From: Macrostomum hystrix
Lineage: Eukaryota; Animalia; Platyhelminthes
Reading direction: 5' to 3'
Length of the DNA stretch: 64,000 bases
Assembly (NCBI GenBank): GCA_950097015.1
Contig: CATNEN010000007.1
Location: 2,852,001 to 2,916,000 of the forward strand
Below are positions 1-13,397 of the stretch, in pieces. A model generated the notes under the pieces. The model saw only the letters and a list, made by a program, of their open reading frames with translations. It had not been told where the DNA came from and did not search any database. Each line of letters starts with the position of its first letter. The stretch's first letter is position 1. Position numbers and translations under genes: made by a program.

Positions 1-618
1 CACAGATGGATAGAACTAACTGACCAATCACAGCTGGATAGAACTAACTGACCAATCACAGCTGGATAGAACTAACTGACCAATCACAGCTGGATAGAAC
101 TAACTGACATATCACAGATGGATAGAACTAACTGAAATATCACAGATGGATAGAACTAACTGACCAATCACAGCTGGATAGAACCAACTGACCAATCACA
201 GCTGGATAGAACTAACTGACCAATCACAGCTGGATAGAACTAACTGACCAATCACAGCTGGATAGAACTAACTGACCAATCACAGCTGGATATAACTAAC
301 TGACCAATCACAGCTGGATAGAACTAACTGACCAATCACAGCTGGATAGAACTAACTGACATATCACAGATGGATAGAACTAACTGACCAATCACAGCTG
401 GATAGAACCAACTGACCAATCACAGCTGGATAGAATTAACTGACCAATCACAGCTGGATAGAAATAATGACCAATCACAGCTGGATAGAAGTAACTGACC
501 AATCACAGGAGAGAGAACTTACTGACCAATCACAGCTGGATATAACTTTCTGACCAATCATAGGAGAGAGAAGTGATCGACAAATCCCAACTGGGTAGAG
601 CTAACTGACCAATCACAG
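1..618. repeat. 28-bp minisatellite, ~22 units, truncated by window start
   Basis: Unit CACAGCTGGATAGAACTAACTGACCAAT recurs at 1, 29, 57 etc.; it degenerates after ~480. Confidence 0.95.
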
Positions 619-1057
619 TTGAAATAAATTATAGATAACATACAGTCACTGGCATTTTAACATACAGTATTTGATAAAATACGTTTTTGAAGGAAAAATA
701 AAAACATCTTTCTACTTATATTATGCTCTACTTTGAGTAGACCCAATGCGACACGTAACAAACAAGAGCTAAGAAAATGTTAATATCCATGAGGGGTATG
801 TCTACTAGAGGCAATTAATTAAGTTTGCATTTTTCCTACCGCAGATGCCAATCGATTTTTTGGCTGTATTAGGAGAGCTATCGGACTGGCATTGCGGAAA
901 GCTGCCCCCAGAGAGACACGAAGCACAGGGTGTATGAGAACTGGCTGTCACAGAATCGACAAAAATGGAGTTAAATGAGACAGCTCGGAACAGTGCAAGT
1001 TACTTGACAGCTGCATGTTGCACTTATAGTTGTGCCTGGACTGCCTAAATTGCTCGT

Positions 1058-1165
1058 GACAAGCCGCGGATGCCCCAGATGAACGTGGCCTCGCCGCGGA
1101 ATCGAACTCACGGACTCTCCTGTTGTGTAAAAGCAGAGTTCCAGTTCAGAATACACCAAGAAACC
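1058..1165 (-). mobile_element. tRNA-derived SINE-like copy
   Basis: Minus strand reads GAGTTCGATTCCGCGGCGAGGCC (Pol III B-box GTTCGATTCC). The same core occurs at 12.8, 46.1 and 50.6 kb. Confidence 0.55.
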
Positions 1166-2244
1166 AGCTTCAATACTAAAATGCTAGTTTATTCTTTTCG
1201 CAGGACATGGGAACTCACAGAAGTCCCGAGTCCCAATCCATGACAAGCAGGAAAAAACTTGTAAGTATCAAATTAGTCCGCGATATTACTCCTATAACAG
1301 TGTTTACTCGTAAAAGTAAATCAGTAGGACTAAATTGGAGTTAACGACAATGCAATTCCGCAAGCAGCCAGTTCTTTAATCTAGCCGCGGCTTATTGAGC
1401 AAATCGAGTTCAAAACTGAGATTGAGCATGAGCACTCTGAGCCGCTTGAGCAGTTTCTGAAAATTTTCTTCGCTCCGGTGACAATTATTTCAAATCGATT
1501 GTCAGTTTAATTCCAAAAACTGTAATCAAATTTATGAGCAGTTTAATTAGTCACCGACAAAAATTTTTCTGATGAATGTTCAAGGTCAACTTAATGACTT
1601 AGGACCGGAAACGAGCCAATTCATGGCGAAAAAAGCATATGAGGCTCGTTTAAAAGCATTGTTCTATGGCCAATCCGTATGCGCATGCTTTCAGTTGCCA
1701 ATGTATACTCGTATCATATTTGACTTTTTGATAGGCAGTCAGAAGGCGGGTGCAGGGTCGGTTTTCTTAAATGTTGAATAGTTTTATTACATAAAGTAAA
1801 CGCGGTGAAAATACACAATGGGAAAGCTGTACATGCAGCACATGTATAAGGGCGAAGGAGCGGTCTTTGTTCCTCGTTGAACATAACCCTTGAAGAAACA
1901 GTTGGTGAGGCGCACGCAGCAATCCCAGAACATCTGCTTCAGGGAAGTAAAACTCGCCAACGGCAGCAAATAATTTCCGCACTCGCAAAGCACAGGACGG
2001 TGATCGCAGCGAAATGAAGCATCCGAAACAGAGGCAAGCAAAATTGAACAGCCACTTTGGCAGGTGCTTCAACTTTCCCCGGGAAATCATTTCATGATTG
2101 CTTTGATGACGTCTGAACAGTGAATGGATGCTCGGAGTTCAGTCCACGATGGCAGCGTGTCGCGCTCTCAAAATTCTACGAGTACTGCGAGTACTAGTTC
2201 ATCTTGGAAAAGTCATTGTTCGGACAACAGCATGGCCCTTCCCT

Positions 2245-2877
2245 CCTAAATAAAATCCTAATCCTAATCCTAAATAAAACCCTAATCCTAAATCCTAAAT
2301 AAAATCCTAATCCTAAATCCGAAATAAAATCCTAATCCGAAATCCGAAATAAAATCCTAATCCTAAATCCTAAATAAAAACCTAATCCTAAATCCTAAAT
2401 ACAATCCTAATCCTAAATCCTAAATAAAATCCTAATCCTAAATCCTAAATAAAATCCTAATCCCAAATACTAAATAAAATCCTAATCCTAATCCTAAATA
2501 AAATCCTAATCCTAAATCCTAAATAAAAGCCTAATCCTAAATCCAAAATAAAACCGTAATCCTAAATCCTAAATAAAATCCTAATCCTAAATCCTAAATA
2601 AAATCCTAATCCTAAATCCTAAATAAAATCCTAATCCCAAATACTAAATAAAATCCTAATCCTAATCCTAAATAAAATCCTAATCCTAAATCCTAAATAA
2701 AAGCCTAATCCTAAATCCAAAATAAAACCGTAATCCTAAATCCTAAATAAAATCCTAATCCTAAATCCTAAATAAAATCCTAATCCTAAATCCTAAATAA
2801 AAACCTAATCCTAAATCCTAAATAAAACCCTAATCCTAAATCCTAAATAAAATCCTAATCCTAAATCCTAAATAAAA
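2245..2877. repeat. 25-bp AT-rich minisatellite
   Basis: Unit TAAATAAAATCCTAATCCTAAATCC, ~25 copies. Confidence 0.95.
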
Positions 2878-3329
2878 GTTCATTTGAGACGCTACAATAT
2901 ATTAGACAGATTTTGCTCATTTTCTCGGCCAGACTAGTCCAGATGAAACGAAAGGAAGGTTTTTATTCAGATATAAAAATATCCAACAAGCTTTAAAGCC
3001 GCCAGAACTTCAAAGGCAGAGTCTGTTTGATCGGCATCAATACCACACTAACTTGGCCTGTTTGATTGTTAAAAAAAAGTTTCAATCAAATTAAAGCAGC
3101 GGCCACTCTGATTTCTGAAGAGAACTAAATGACTTTTGCTGCTCTTAGCAACGCATCGACGCCATTTTAGCAAGATAGATCTATGAAAATTGCGATTTTG
3201 AGAAGGTAGATTTGTGAAAGGTGAGATTTGAGGATGGAGAGTTTGAGAATTCTGAGATTCATTAAAGGTGAGTTTTAGGGAAGGTAAGATGTATGAGAGC
3301 TGAGATATAGGGAGGGTGAGCATTAGGAA

Positions 3330-4107
3330 AGGTGAGATTGAAGGAAATTGAGATTTATGAAAGGGTATATTTAGAGAAGGGGAGGTTTAGCAAAGAGGGG
3401 TTTAGGAAAGGGGAGATTTAGGGAGGTGAGATTTAGGGAAGGTGAGATATAGGGAAGGTGAGATTTAGGAAAGTGTGAGATTTAGGGAAGGTGAGATTTA
3501 GGTAAGTGTGAGATTTAGGGAAGGTGAGATTTAGGTAAGTGTGAGATTTAGGGAAGTGAGATTTAGGAAAGTGAGATTTATGGAAGGTGAGATTTAGGAA
3601 AGTGTGAGATTTAGGGAAGGTGAGATTTAGGTAAGTGTGAGATTTAGGGAAGGTGAGATTTAGGAAAGTGTGAGATTTAGGGAAGGTGAGATTTAGGAAA
3701 GTGTGAGATTTAGGGAAGGTGAGATTTAGGAAAGTGTGAGATTTAGGGAAGGTGAGATTTAGGAAAGTATGAGATTTAGGGAAGGTGAGATTTAGGAAAG
3801 TGTGAGATTTAGGGAAGGTGAGATTTAGGAAAGTGTGAGATTTATGGAAGGTGAGATTTAGGAAAGTGTGAGATTTAGGGAAGGTGAGATTTAGGGAAGT
3901 GTGAGATTTATGGAAGGTAAGATTTAGGGAAGTTGAGATTTAGGAAAGTGAGATTTAGGAAAGTGAGATTTAGGAAAGTGAGATTTAGGGAAGTTGCGAT
4001 TTAGGAAAGTGAGATTTATGGAAGGTGAGATTTAGGAAAGTGAGATTTAGGAAAGTGAGATTTAGGGAATTTGAGAATTAGGAAAGTGAGATTTAGGGAA
4101 GGTGAAG
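3330..4107. repeat. 16/17-bp purine-rich minisatellite
   Basis: Alternating GTGAGATTTAGGGAAG and GTGAGATTTAGGAAAGT units, with a degenerate left flank from ~3200. Confidence 0.95.
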
Positions 4108-4927
4108 TTTTTGTAGCTCATAAAATAGAGAGAATCTTGGGGATGATGTATTTTTTCTAGCTCGTAATTAGTGATTCGTTCGGGACAGAACATAGCTTTT
4201 ATGTTTATATAGATGAACAGAGCAAATTAACGATGATTTTTACGAGCGTGTTCTTAAACCCCATCAGGCATTACTATTCGGCAATTTTATAGTGCATTCA
4301 CAATTATGAGGAACTTTACACTCCGACAGACGGTAGTCAGCTTTTGGTAGATAGGCATTCACCAGTCACCCAGGCCGCCACCCGATCTGACTAATAGAAA
4401 TTACCCAAATTTCTATTCCCATTTCCTGTTCCCATTTCGGTGGGGATTGGCAGCCCAAATCACAAGCCGTTTACTGCCACCTCCCCACCCGCAGGAAATT
4501 GAACTCGCAGCACACGTGCAGACAGGCTGTTAACGGGCCGGTAATTCCATGGTAGGGAATTGACATTTTTTGGCGGTATTTACTCGAACTAGTCTAGGCT
4601 GAGACTTAGTAAAAAAGTCGCTACGAAAACTGAGACTTTGAGAAGATGTGAGCAGAAAAATATCAAGAATTTGCTCAGCTGAACTGACAGTTCCTTTGCT
4701 GAGCTAGAGATACCTCAGATATTTTTGTCTCCATGGAGACTAATTTTCGAAAAATATTTTTTGATGAGGCGTTTGAAAACAATAGGCTGTGTAAAACTGT
4801 TTAGTCCATGGACTGGGCGCAAGGGGGTGCCACCACCACACAAGCCTCAGTCCCAACAAAGATTAATGGTTAAGGGGTCTTTTCTAAACGATTCAAAACT
4901 AATTTAAGAAAAGAAAATAATAGAGCA

Positions 4928-5605
4928 GAATGGAATAGAATGGAATAGAATGGAATAGAATGGAATAGTATGCAATGGAATGGAATAGAATGGAATAGAA
5001 TGGAATAGAATGGAATAGAATGGAATAGAATGGAATAGAATGGAATAGAATGGAATAGAATGGAATAGAATGGAATAGAATGGAATAGAATGGAATAGAA
5101 TGGAATAGAATGGAATAGAATGGAATAGAATGGAATAGAATGGTATAGAATGGAATATAATGGAATAGAATGGAATAGAATGGAATATAATGGAATAGAA
5201 TGGAATAGAATGGAATAGAATGGAATAGAAAGGAATAGAATGGAATAGAATGGAATAGAATGGAATAGAATGGTATAGAATGGAATAGAATGGAATATAA
5301 TGGAATAGAATGGAATAGAATGGAATAGAATGGAATAGAAAGGAATAGAATGGAATAGAATGGAATAGAATGGAATAGAATGGTATAGAATGGAATAGAA
5401 TGGAATAGAATGGAATAGAATGGAATAGAATGGAATGGAATGGAATAGAATGGAATAGAATGGAATAGAATGGAATAGAATGGAATAGAATGGAATAGAA
5501 TGGAATAGAATGGAATAGAATGGAATAGAATGGAATAGAATGGAATAGAATAGAATAGAATAGAATATAATAAAATAGAATAGAATAGAATAGAATAGAA
5601 TAGAA
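4928..5605. repeat. (GAATGGAATA)n satellite ending in (AGAAT)n
   Basis: Direct reading: 10-bp period built from GAATG/GAATA pentamers. Confidence 0.97.
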
Positions 5606-5944
5606 AATATCTATTTGTACAATAAATAAGTTTTCAGTCGAGTTGTTACTTGTCTAACAGCTTTATATTAGATCTAAACGTGCTCTATGGTGCATTTCTT
5701 AGGTCAAAGCTTTCAGTTTGCATCCGGGTTTCGAAAGTGGAAGCCTTTCTTGCCCATAGTGCACCACCTGTCTAACTGACTTGTCTAAAAGGGCTTGAAA
5801 GTCAAATGCGCTATTTATCCTCTTGGCATTTTACCACTGGGGAAGACCACGGATGTATTTCAAATACCCACTGCCTATTTCACGACAGCTCCCAAACCGA
5901 ATGACCAATTTTTTTCTGCACTTTTCTGTGAACTAACTTTTAAA

Positions 5945-6062
5945 TAGCATAGCATAGCATAGCATAGCATAGCATAGCATAGCATAGCATAGCATAGCAT
6001 AGCATAGCATAGCATAGCATAGCATAGCATAGCATAGCATAGCATAGCATAGCATAGCATAG
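5945..6062. repeat. (ATAGC)n microsatellite
   Basis: Perfect pentamer run; it explains the MLCYA ORF at 5875-6060. Confidence 0.97.
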
Positions 6063-6529
6063 CTCAGAGCTAGAATATCTCATGGAACATCTAATACCTA
6101 TGACAGAAATTCATTGCACTCGTCGGATACTGAAATGTTTCATGACCACAAGTTAGCCACAAAATTTATCGTGATGTGCAAAGTTTTGATGATTTAAAAA
6201 GACATTCATAAAATCTCACAGAAGGTTTTGATGACGTTAAATCCATCTTACACTCGTGTAATTTTATCAGAGCTTTTAATATCTCAATTGCGTAAAGGAA
6301 AAAGGATTTGTCCATCAGACATTCTGTCAGTTCAAAACGGAAATAGGATCGAGCTAACAGTAGCTTCTTTTACACTCGTAGATATAAAACGATACCTAAT
6401 TGACCTTCGGGGTGGGAGGTTACACAGAAAATGGGAAATGTTACAATGGTACTCGGGTATTAGATTTCATGTGCTCATATGTGTTATGAAAATGTCAATT
6501 TGACCCCGCTCAGTTTTTTTTCGCATAAA

Positions 6530-7346
6530 CATCACGTGATGTGAGACAAACGTCCTTCATTTGAATGCAATAATTGCTTAAATATCACGTGATGCTTTGA
6601 CGAACGGCCTTGAATGCAAGAATAGCATAAACGTCACGTGATGCTTTGACGAACGGCCTTGAATGCAAGAATAGCATAAACGTCACGTGATGCTTTGACG
6701 AACGGCCTTGAATGCAAGAATAGCATAAACGTCACGTGATGCTTTGACGAACGGCCTTGAATGCAAGAATAGCATAAACGTCACGTGATGCTTTGACGAA
6801 CGGCCTTGAATGCAAGAATAGTGTAAACATCATGTGATGTTAGACAAACGGCCTTGAATGCAAGAATAGTGTAAACATCATGTGATGTTAGACGAACGGC
6901 CTTGAATGCAAGAATAGTGTAATCATCATGTGATGTTAGACGAACGGCCTTGAATGCAAGAATAGTGTAATCATCATGTGATGTTAGACGAACGGCCTTG
7001 AATGCAAGAATAGTGTAAACATCATGTGATGTTAGACGAACGGCCTTGAATGCAAGAATAGTGTAAACATCATGTGATGTTAGACGAACGGCCTTGAATG
7101 CAAGAATAGTGTAAACATCATGTGATGTTAGACGAACCGCCTTAAATGCAAGAATAGTGTAAACATCATGTGATGTTAGACGAACCGCCTTGAATGCAAG
7201 AATAGTGTAAACATCATGTGATGTTAGACGAACCGCCTTGAATGCAAGAATAGTGTAAACATCATGTGATGTTAGACGAACCGCCTTGAATGCAAGAATA
7301 GTGTAAACATCATGTGATGTTAGACGAACGGCCTTGAATGCAAGAA
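6530..7346. repeat. 49-bp minisatellite with two sequential variants
   Basis: GAACGGCCTTGAATGCAAGAATAG... at 6602 and 6651 gives a period of 49; the variant switches near 6820. Confidence 0.95.
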
Positions 7347-7696
7347 CGACCTAACACAATCGTTAACAATCGTTTAAAATTCCGCATAGTCTTTAATCTT
7401 TTCCAACCTCGAAATCGGAGAATGTTCACTTTCACTCCGGGTGTCAGTGTCAGAGCAATATGTTTTTCCTGTTTAATTTTTCGACAGAATCATGTCACAC
7501 TTTCATGAAAAATGAGTAGCAAAGGATTAACTTGGAATTCAATCTTATCAAGAGGCTGAAAATCCCTTGAAGAATATCTGCCTCCCAGCGTCTCGTCTAT
7601 CGTTATAATTCATGCGAAATTCTCCCTATCAAGTAGAGGGCACGCACAACAGACCAGAGCGCCCGGAATTCGCAGTGAATAGTTCCGTCAGAGACG

Positions 7697-7737
7697 TGCT
7701 GCTGCTGCTGCTGCTGCTGCTGCTCCTGCTGCTGCTG
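7697..7737. repeat. (CTG)n trinucleotide repeat
   Basis: About 13 CTG units with one CTC interruption. Confidence 0.9.
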
Positions 7738-7955
7738 AATACAGTGGTATAGCTGAGCATTTTCATCCAGATCCCTAGTTCGGCTGTGCCAAACGTCTAA
7801 CCCCTCTCATACTGTGTGCTCATGCCATGGCTTACATTTTCTGGCTTAGTATAATTAGACACACACACACACACGCTGCAGCTGATTAGCTGCGGACCTT
7901 GAGAAAGCAAAACTCAACAGAGTGACGGAAAAGATATGACGGGTTCCAGGATTAG

Positions 7956-10052
7956 AAGGGTTGCAGTCCCATAGACACTGTCAGAATGGAAGGGTTGCAG
8001 TCCCGTAGACACTGTCAGAATGGAAGGGTTGCAGTCCCGTAGACACTGTCAGAATGGAAGGGTTGCAGTCCCGTAGACACTGTCAGAATGGAAGGGTTGC
8101 AGTCCCGTAGACACTGTCAGAATGGAAGGGTTGCAGTCCCATAGACACTGTCAGAATGGAAGGGTTGCTGTCCCATAGACACTGTCAGAATGGAAGGGTT
8201 GCTGTCCCATAGACACTGTCAGAATGGAATGGTTGCAGTCCCATAGACACTGTCAGAATGGAAGGGTTGCTGTCCCATAGACACTGTCAGAATGGAAGGG
8301 TTGCAGTCCCATAGACACTGTCAGAATGGAAGGGTTGCAGCCCCATAGACACTGTCAGAATGGAAGGGTTGCAGTCCCATAGACACTGTCAGAATGGAAG
8401 GGTTGCAGCCCCATAGACACTGTCAGAATGGAAGGGTTGCAGCCCCATAGACACTGTCAGAATGGAATGGTTGCAGTCCCATAGACACTGTCAGAATGGA
8501 AGGGTTGCTGTCCCATAGACACTGTCAGAATGGAAGGGTTGCAGTCCCATAGACACTGTCAGAATGGAAGGGTTGCTGTCCCATAGACACTGTCAGAATG
8601 GAAGGGTTGCTGTCCCATAGACACTGTCAGAATGGAAGGGTTGCAGTCCCATAGACACTGTCAGAATGGAAGGGTTGCAGTCCCATAGACACTGTCAGAA
8701 TGGAAGGGTTGCTGTCCCATAGACACTGTCAGAATGGAAGGGTTGCAGTCCCATAGACACTGTCAGAATGGAAGGGTTGCAGTCCCATAGACCCTGTCAG
8801 AATGGAAGGGTTGCTGTCCCATAGACACTGTCAGAATGGAAGGGTTGCAGTCCCATAGACACTGTCAGAATGGAAGGGTTGCAGTCCCATAGACACTGTC
8901 AGAATGGAAGGGTTGCTGTCCCATAGACACTGTCAGAATGGAAGGGTTGCAGTCCCATAGACACTGTCAGAATGGAAGGGTTGCTGTCCCATAGACACTG
9001 TCAGAATGGAAGGGTTGCTGTCCCATAGACACTGTCAGAATGGAAGGGTTGCAGTCCCATAGACACTGTCAGAATGGAAGGGTTGCAGTCCCATAGACAC
9101 TGTCAGAATGGAAGGGTTGCTGTCCCATAGACACTGTCAGAATGGAAGGGTTGCAGTCCCATAGACACTGTCAGAATGGAAGGGTTGCTGTCCCATAGAC
9201 ACTGTCAGAATGGAAGGGTTGCAGTCCCATAGACACTGTCAGAATGGAAGGGTTGCAGTCCCATAGACCCTGTCAGAATGGAAGGGTTGCTGTCCCATAG
9301 ACACTGTCAGAATGGAAGGGTTGCAGTCCCATAGACACTGTCAGAATGGAAGGGTTGCTGTCCCATAGACACTGTCAGAATGGAAGGGTTGCTGTCCCAT
9401 AGACACTGTCAGAATGGAAGGGTTGCAGTCCCATAGACACTGTCAGAATGGAAGGGTTGCAGTCCCATAGACACTGTCAGAATGGAAGGGTTGCTGTCCC
9501 ATAGACACTGTCAGAATGGAAGGGTTGCTGTCCCATAGACACTGTCAGAATGGAAGGGTTGCTGTCCCATAGACACTGTCAGAATGGAAGGGTTGCTGTC
9601 CCATAGACACTGTCAGAATGGAAGGGTTGCAGTCCCATAGACACTGTCAGAATGGAAGGGTTGCTGTCCCATAGACACTGTCAGAATGGAAGGGTTGCTG
9701 TCCCATAGACACTGTCAGAATGGAAGGGTTGCAGTCCCATAGACACTGTCAGAATGGAAGGGTTGCAGTCCCATAGACACTGTCAGAATGGAAGGGTTGC
9801 TGTCCCATAGACACTGTCAGAATGGAAGGGTTGCTGTCCCATAGACACTGTCAGAATGGAAGGGTTGCTGTCCCATAGACACTGTCAGAATGGAAGGGTT
9901 GCTGTCCCATAGACACTGTCAGAATGGAAGGGTTGCTGTCCCATAGACACTGTCAGAATGGAAGGGTTGCTGTCCCATAGACACTGTCAGAATGGAAGGG
10001 TTGCTGTCCCATAGACACTGTCAGAATGGAAGGGTTGCTGTCCCATAGACAC
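7956..10052. repeat. 34-bp minisatellite, ~61 units
   Basis: Unit AGAATGGAAGGGTTGC(A/T)GTCCCATAGACACTGTC; period 34 (7983 to 8017). Confidence 0.97.
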
Positions 10053-10734
10053 TAATCATAATAATCATTTTATTTATTATAATACTGACAATCTATTTTG
10101 GCAGCAGCGCCCGCAGCGCCAGGTATGGACAATCTAGAACACTCGCCGTGGCATTGAAGAAGGCACTTGACTGAGCTCTCGGAGCAAGTCTAGCAGCTGC
10201 TGGGCTCTCACTTGTAATAATTTTTTTCTGCTTATCTTCTCCCTTGCAGCAGCAAACAGTTTGAGAGCACTCCAAAGAGGTTTTCATATTCCACTCCAGA
10301 GGGTCATGCGGTGGCTCACTCTTCCATTCTGCAGAGCACACTTCCCCGCTACAGCTTCACTTTCCTGTGAGAAATGATGCTTGCATGTCTAATTGAAGGC
10401 TCAAAGATGTACCTTTCATTCATCGAAGGACAGATATTTCCATCTTTGGGCTTGCTTTCGATAAGCTGCGTTTTATTCGCCCATTAAAAAAGTAACTCGC
10501 GAGACTGCTTTTCCAGAAGGATATATTGAAATATTCTGTTCAGCGGGAGTAATTATTTTCATTTCTTCAGGTCCGATACTGCTCATCGAATTGAAAAATG
10601 AGGTCAGTGCGGAGTCAGGTTAATGGGAGTGAGGATGGTGCGGACTGAGGTTGGCGCCGAGGTTAAAGCCTTGTGAAGATGGTGCGGGGTGAATATAAAA
10701 CGGAGTAAGGTATGTGTGAAGCGAGGTTGTTGCA

Positions 10735-11082
10735 GAGTGAGGTATGTGCGGAGTGAGGTTTGTGCGGAGTGAGGTTGGTGTAAAGTGAGGTTGGTGTAGA
10801 GTGAGGTTGGTGCGGAGTGAGGTTGGTGTAAAGTGTGGTTGGTGTAGAGTGAGGTTGGTGCGGAGTGAGTTTGGTGTTAAGTGAGGTTGGTGTTGAGTGA
10901 GGTTGGTGCGGAGTGAGGTTGGTGTTGAGTGAGGTTGTTGCGGAGTGAGGTTGGTGTAAAGTGAGGTATGTGCGGAGTGAGGTTGGTGCGGAGTGAGGTT
11001 GGTGCGGAGTGAGGTTGGTGCGGAGTGAGGTTGGTGTAGAGTGAGGTTGGTGTAGAGTGAGGATGGTGCGAGTGAGGTTGGA
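10735..11082. repeat. 16-bp minisatellite, array 1
   Basis: Unit GAGTGAGGTTGGTGCG and variants; explains the ORF at 10663-11160. Confidence 0.92.
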
Positions 11083-11956
11083 GCGGGGGAAAATGATGTA
11101 AGAAATCGTCCTCGTATAAAACATGAAAACTTCTGCGAGCTTAATTAAACGCGCTGCCAAAAGGTGTCATCACGTGCATTGATACAAGTGTGTGAAAAAA
11201 ACTATTGTTTGCATGTTCAAAATGTAGATAAAATCCCAGCTCATCTGTAGTCGAGTAAGTCGATATTCCTAGCCTATCCAAATATTGTACTTTTGGAAAT
11301 TTTCAGTCCATTTATCTCGCCGCAGTAAAAGCGGTGGAAGCTTTCGGGAATCAATCGATTCCCTAACGACCCTACACAGACGCGTTTCAGAGGGTCAGTG
11401 AGGTTGAAATTATATGCGAATGACCAACTGCTGTTTTACAGGTTAGATTCATGTGTCCAGACTAAATTACTAAAACTGTAAATTTGCTGATGCACCAGAG
11501 TCGTCCACTTTCGGCATTTTTCTTGAGTTCTTCTATACTTCTAATAGCAAGCAAGCCAGCGAAGTCTTTACACACCCCTCACACAATCTGAGTGGAAATC
11601 TAATCTCACCGATAGTGGTTGTCTGCTCGAGAGAGAGACTCTTTCGACCCGTCATCGCCGCCTCTTCTCAGCTCATCTTCCCGCCCCCCGGCCGTGATCC
11701 AGAAGGGTGGATTATGATGGATCTGGGAGTCGGCACGCGCCGAACCGCGTGCCGACGCGTGCAGTCAATAAGTCCAGTCAATAAATCAGTCGACAGGATG
11801 AGGCCGAGAGCCGCCTCCCACTGTGAGCTGATGAGAGATAAAATATATATTATGGATCGCGTATTTTATAAACTGTTGAGTTTCCCTTTCGCAAGCCTGT
11901 GTGATAGTTTGCTTTATTAAAATATTTAGAAGCTGGAGGAATGGGGGCGGTAGCAT

Positions 11957-12168
11957 AGTGAGGTTGGCGCGGAGTGAGGTTGGAGCGGAGTGAGGTTGGT
12001 GTTGAGTGAGTTCGGAGCGGAGTGAGGTTGGTGCGGAGTGAGGTTGGTGTTGAGTGAGGTTGGAGCGGAGTGAGGTTGGTGCGGAGTGAGGTTGGTGCGG
12101 AGTGAGGTTGGTGCGGAGTGAGGTTGGTACGGAGTGAGGTTGGTGTAAAGTGAGGTTTTTGCGGAGTT
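11957..12168. repeat. 16-bp minisatellite, array 2 (same family and orientation as 10735-11082)
   Basis: Same GAGTGAGGTTGGTGCG unit. Confidence 0.92.
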
Positions 12169-12774
12169 AAATGGGGCCCAAGACAGTTCGGTTAGTTGTT
12201 AAAAGTGATTAACGATATGTGAGTCAAGAGTTTTGTTTTCATTCTGTAATGAAGCTAGTCAAATCGTACTTTAAAGATGATTCGATTCATAGTCGATAGA
12301 ATTAATAACTTCACCTTCATTTAGCTAATCGGCAAAAGCATGCAAATGCATGGTTTGGCTGTATAATTTAGGCTGAAAATCACAGTGCACTCGTAAAATC
12401 AATGTTAGACAGGAGATAACTCCGGCGAAACGGAAGTTTGGCCGATGTCGAACATGAACGAACTCAGGGTGGCGCAGGATGGCGACTTCCAAGCAATCAG
12501 GCAAATGTTAGCCATCGATCACGCTGCAACTTCTTGGCCAACAAATTCTCCACCGAGTCGAATTTAGGGCCGAAAATTGGAGAACTTGTGAACGAGTGAG
12601 GGCGCGTTTTCAGAACCGCTATTTGGACGAGATATTGAGCAATGCACTTCTAAAGACTTTATATGAACAGCAGAATTTAATAATGGCATCATTGCTTGTA
12701 ACCGAGCTCCCCGATCATTTTCACAATCAAACGCTTTAATTGATTTTCAAGCGTTCCCCTATCGATTTAAGCAA

Positions 12775-12885
12775 GCGCCAAGGTCCCTGAGCTCGATTCC
12801 GCGGCGAGGCCTTATTTATCTGGGGCGCAGCCGCTGAGAGAAGGCTTGTGGGCTTGTCGCGTGCAATTTACGTCCTTGAGGGCCG
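12775..12885 (+). mobile_element. tRNA-derived SINE-like copy
   Basis: CAAGGTCCCTGAGCTCGATTCCGCGGCGAGGCC...GGGCGCAGCCGCTGAGAGAAGGCTTG matches the reverse complement of 46053-46125. Its 3' part recurs at ~13298-13332. Confidence 0.6.
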
Positions 12886-13397
12886 TCGATTTCAACGTTT
12901 CTTTGTTGTCGCATTGTTGAAGCACTATTTTTCTAAACTAAACAAAACGTGTCTTCTGAAAGAAAATATTTTACAAATCTGCTTACACGGTCGTAATGTG
13001 ACTCCCTGCGTGTTGAAAGATTGCTGCTTCTTTTTCAAGTCACTTTATACGAGTACAGTCTCGTGACGCCACTGAGAAATGAAAAAATAAAGCTCTTTCA
13101 ATTAATTTTTTACTTTATTTTTAAAGACGATAGCACACTGTGGCCATAGCGGCTTTCACTTACCGAAGTAACTTCTTATCTGGAGATTTCTCACGAAATT
13201 TTAACTCCTGTTTACTTTGCGCCGTCAATAAAAAGGGATATTTAATTTGAAAAATTCGTTTTTAGGACTGGGAATAAAACAGTTGATGTCCTATCGTGGG
13301 GGCTTGTCGTGCAATTTACACCCTTGAGGGCCAACCTTGAGGGTACAGTGAAAGTGTACACTGCCTGACAATGGGAAAGTCCGGACAGATGTACACA

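Noticed and set aside
2245-4107. Interstitial telomere (TTAGG/TTTAGGG motifs)
   Set aside because: The motifs are embedded in 25-bp and 16/17-bp units; there is no pure telomeric run.
4928-5605. Homology to human satellite III or contamination
   Set aside because: A GGAAT-type pentamer arises easily, and the flanks are continuous with the local non-human sequence.
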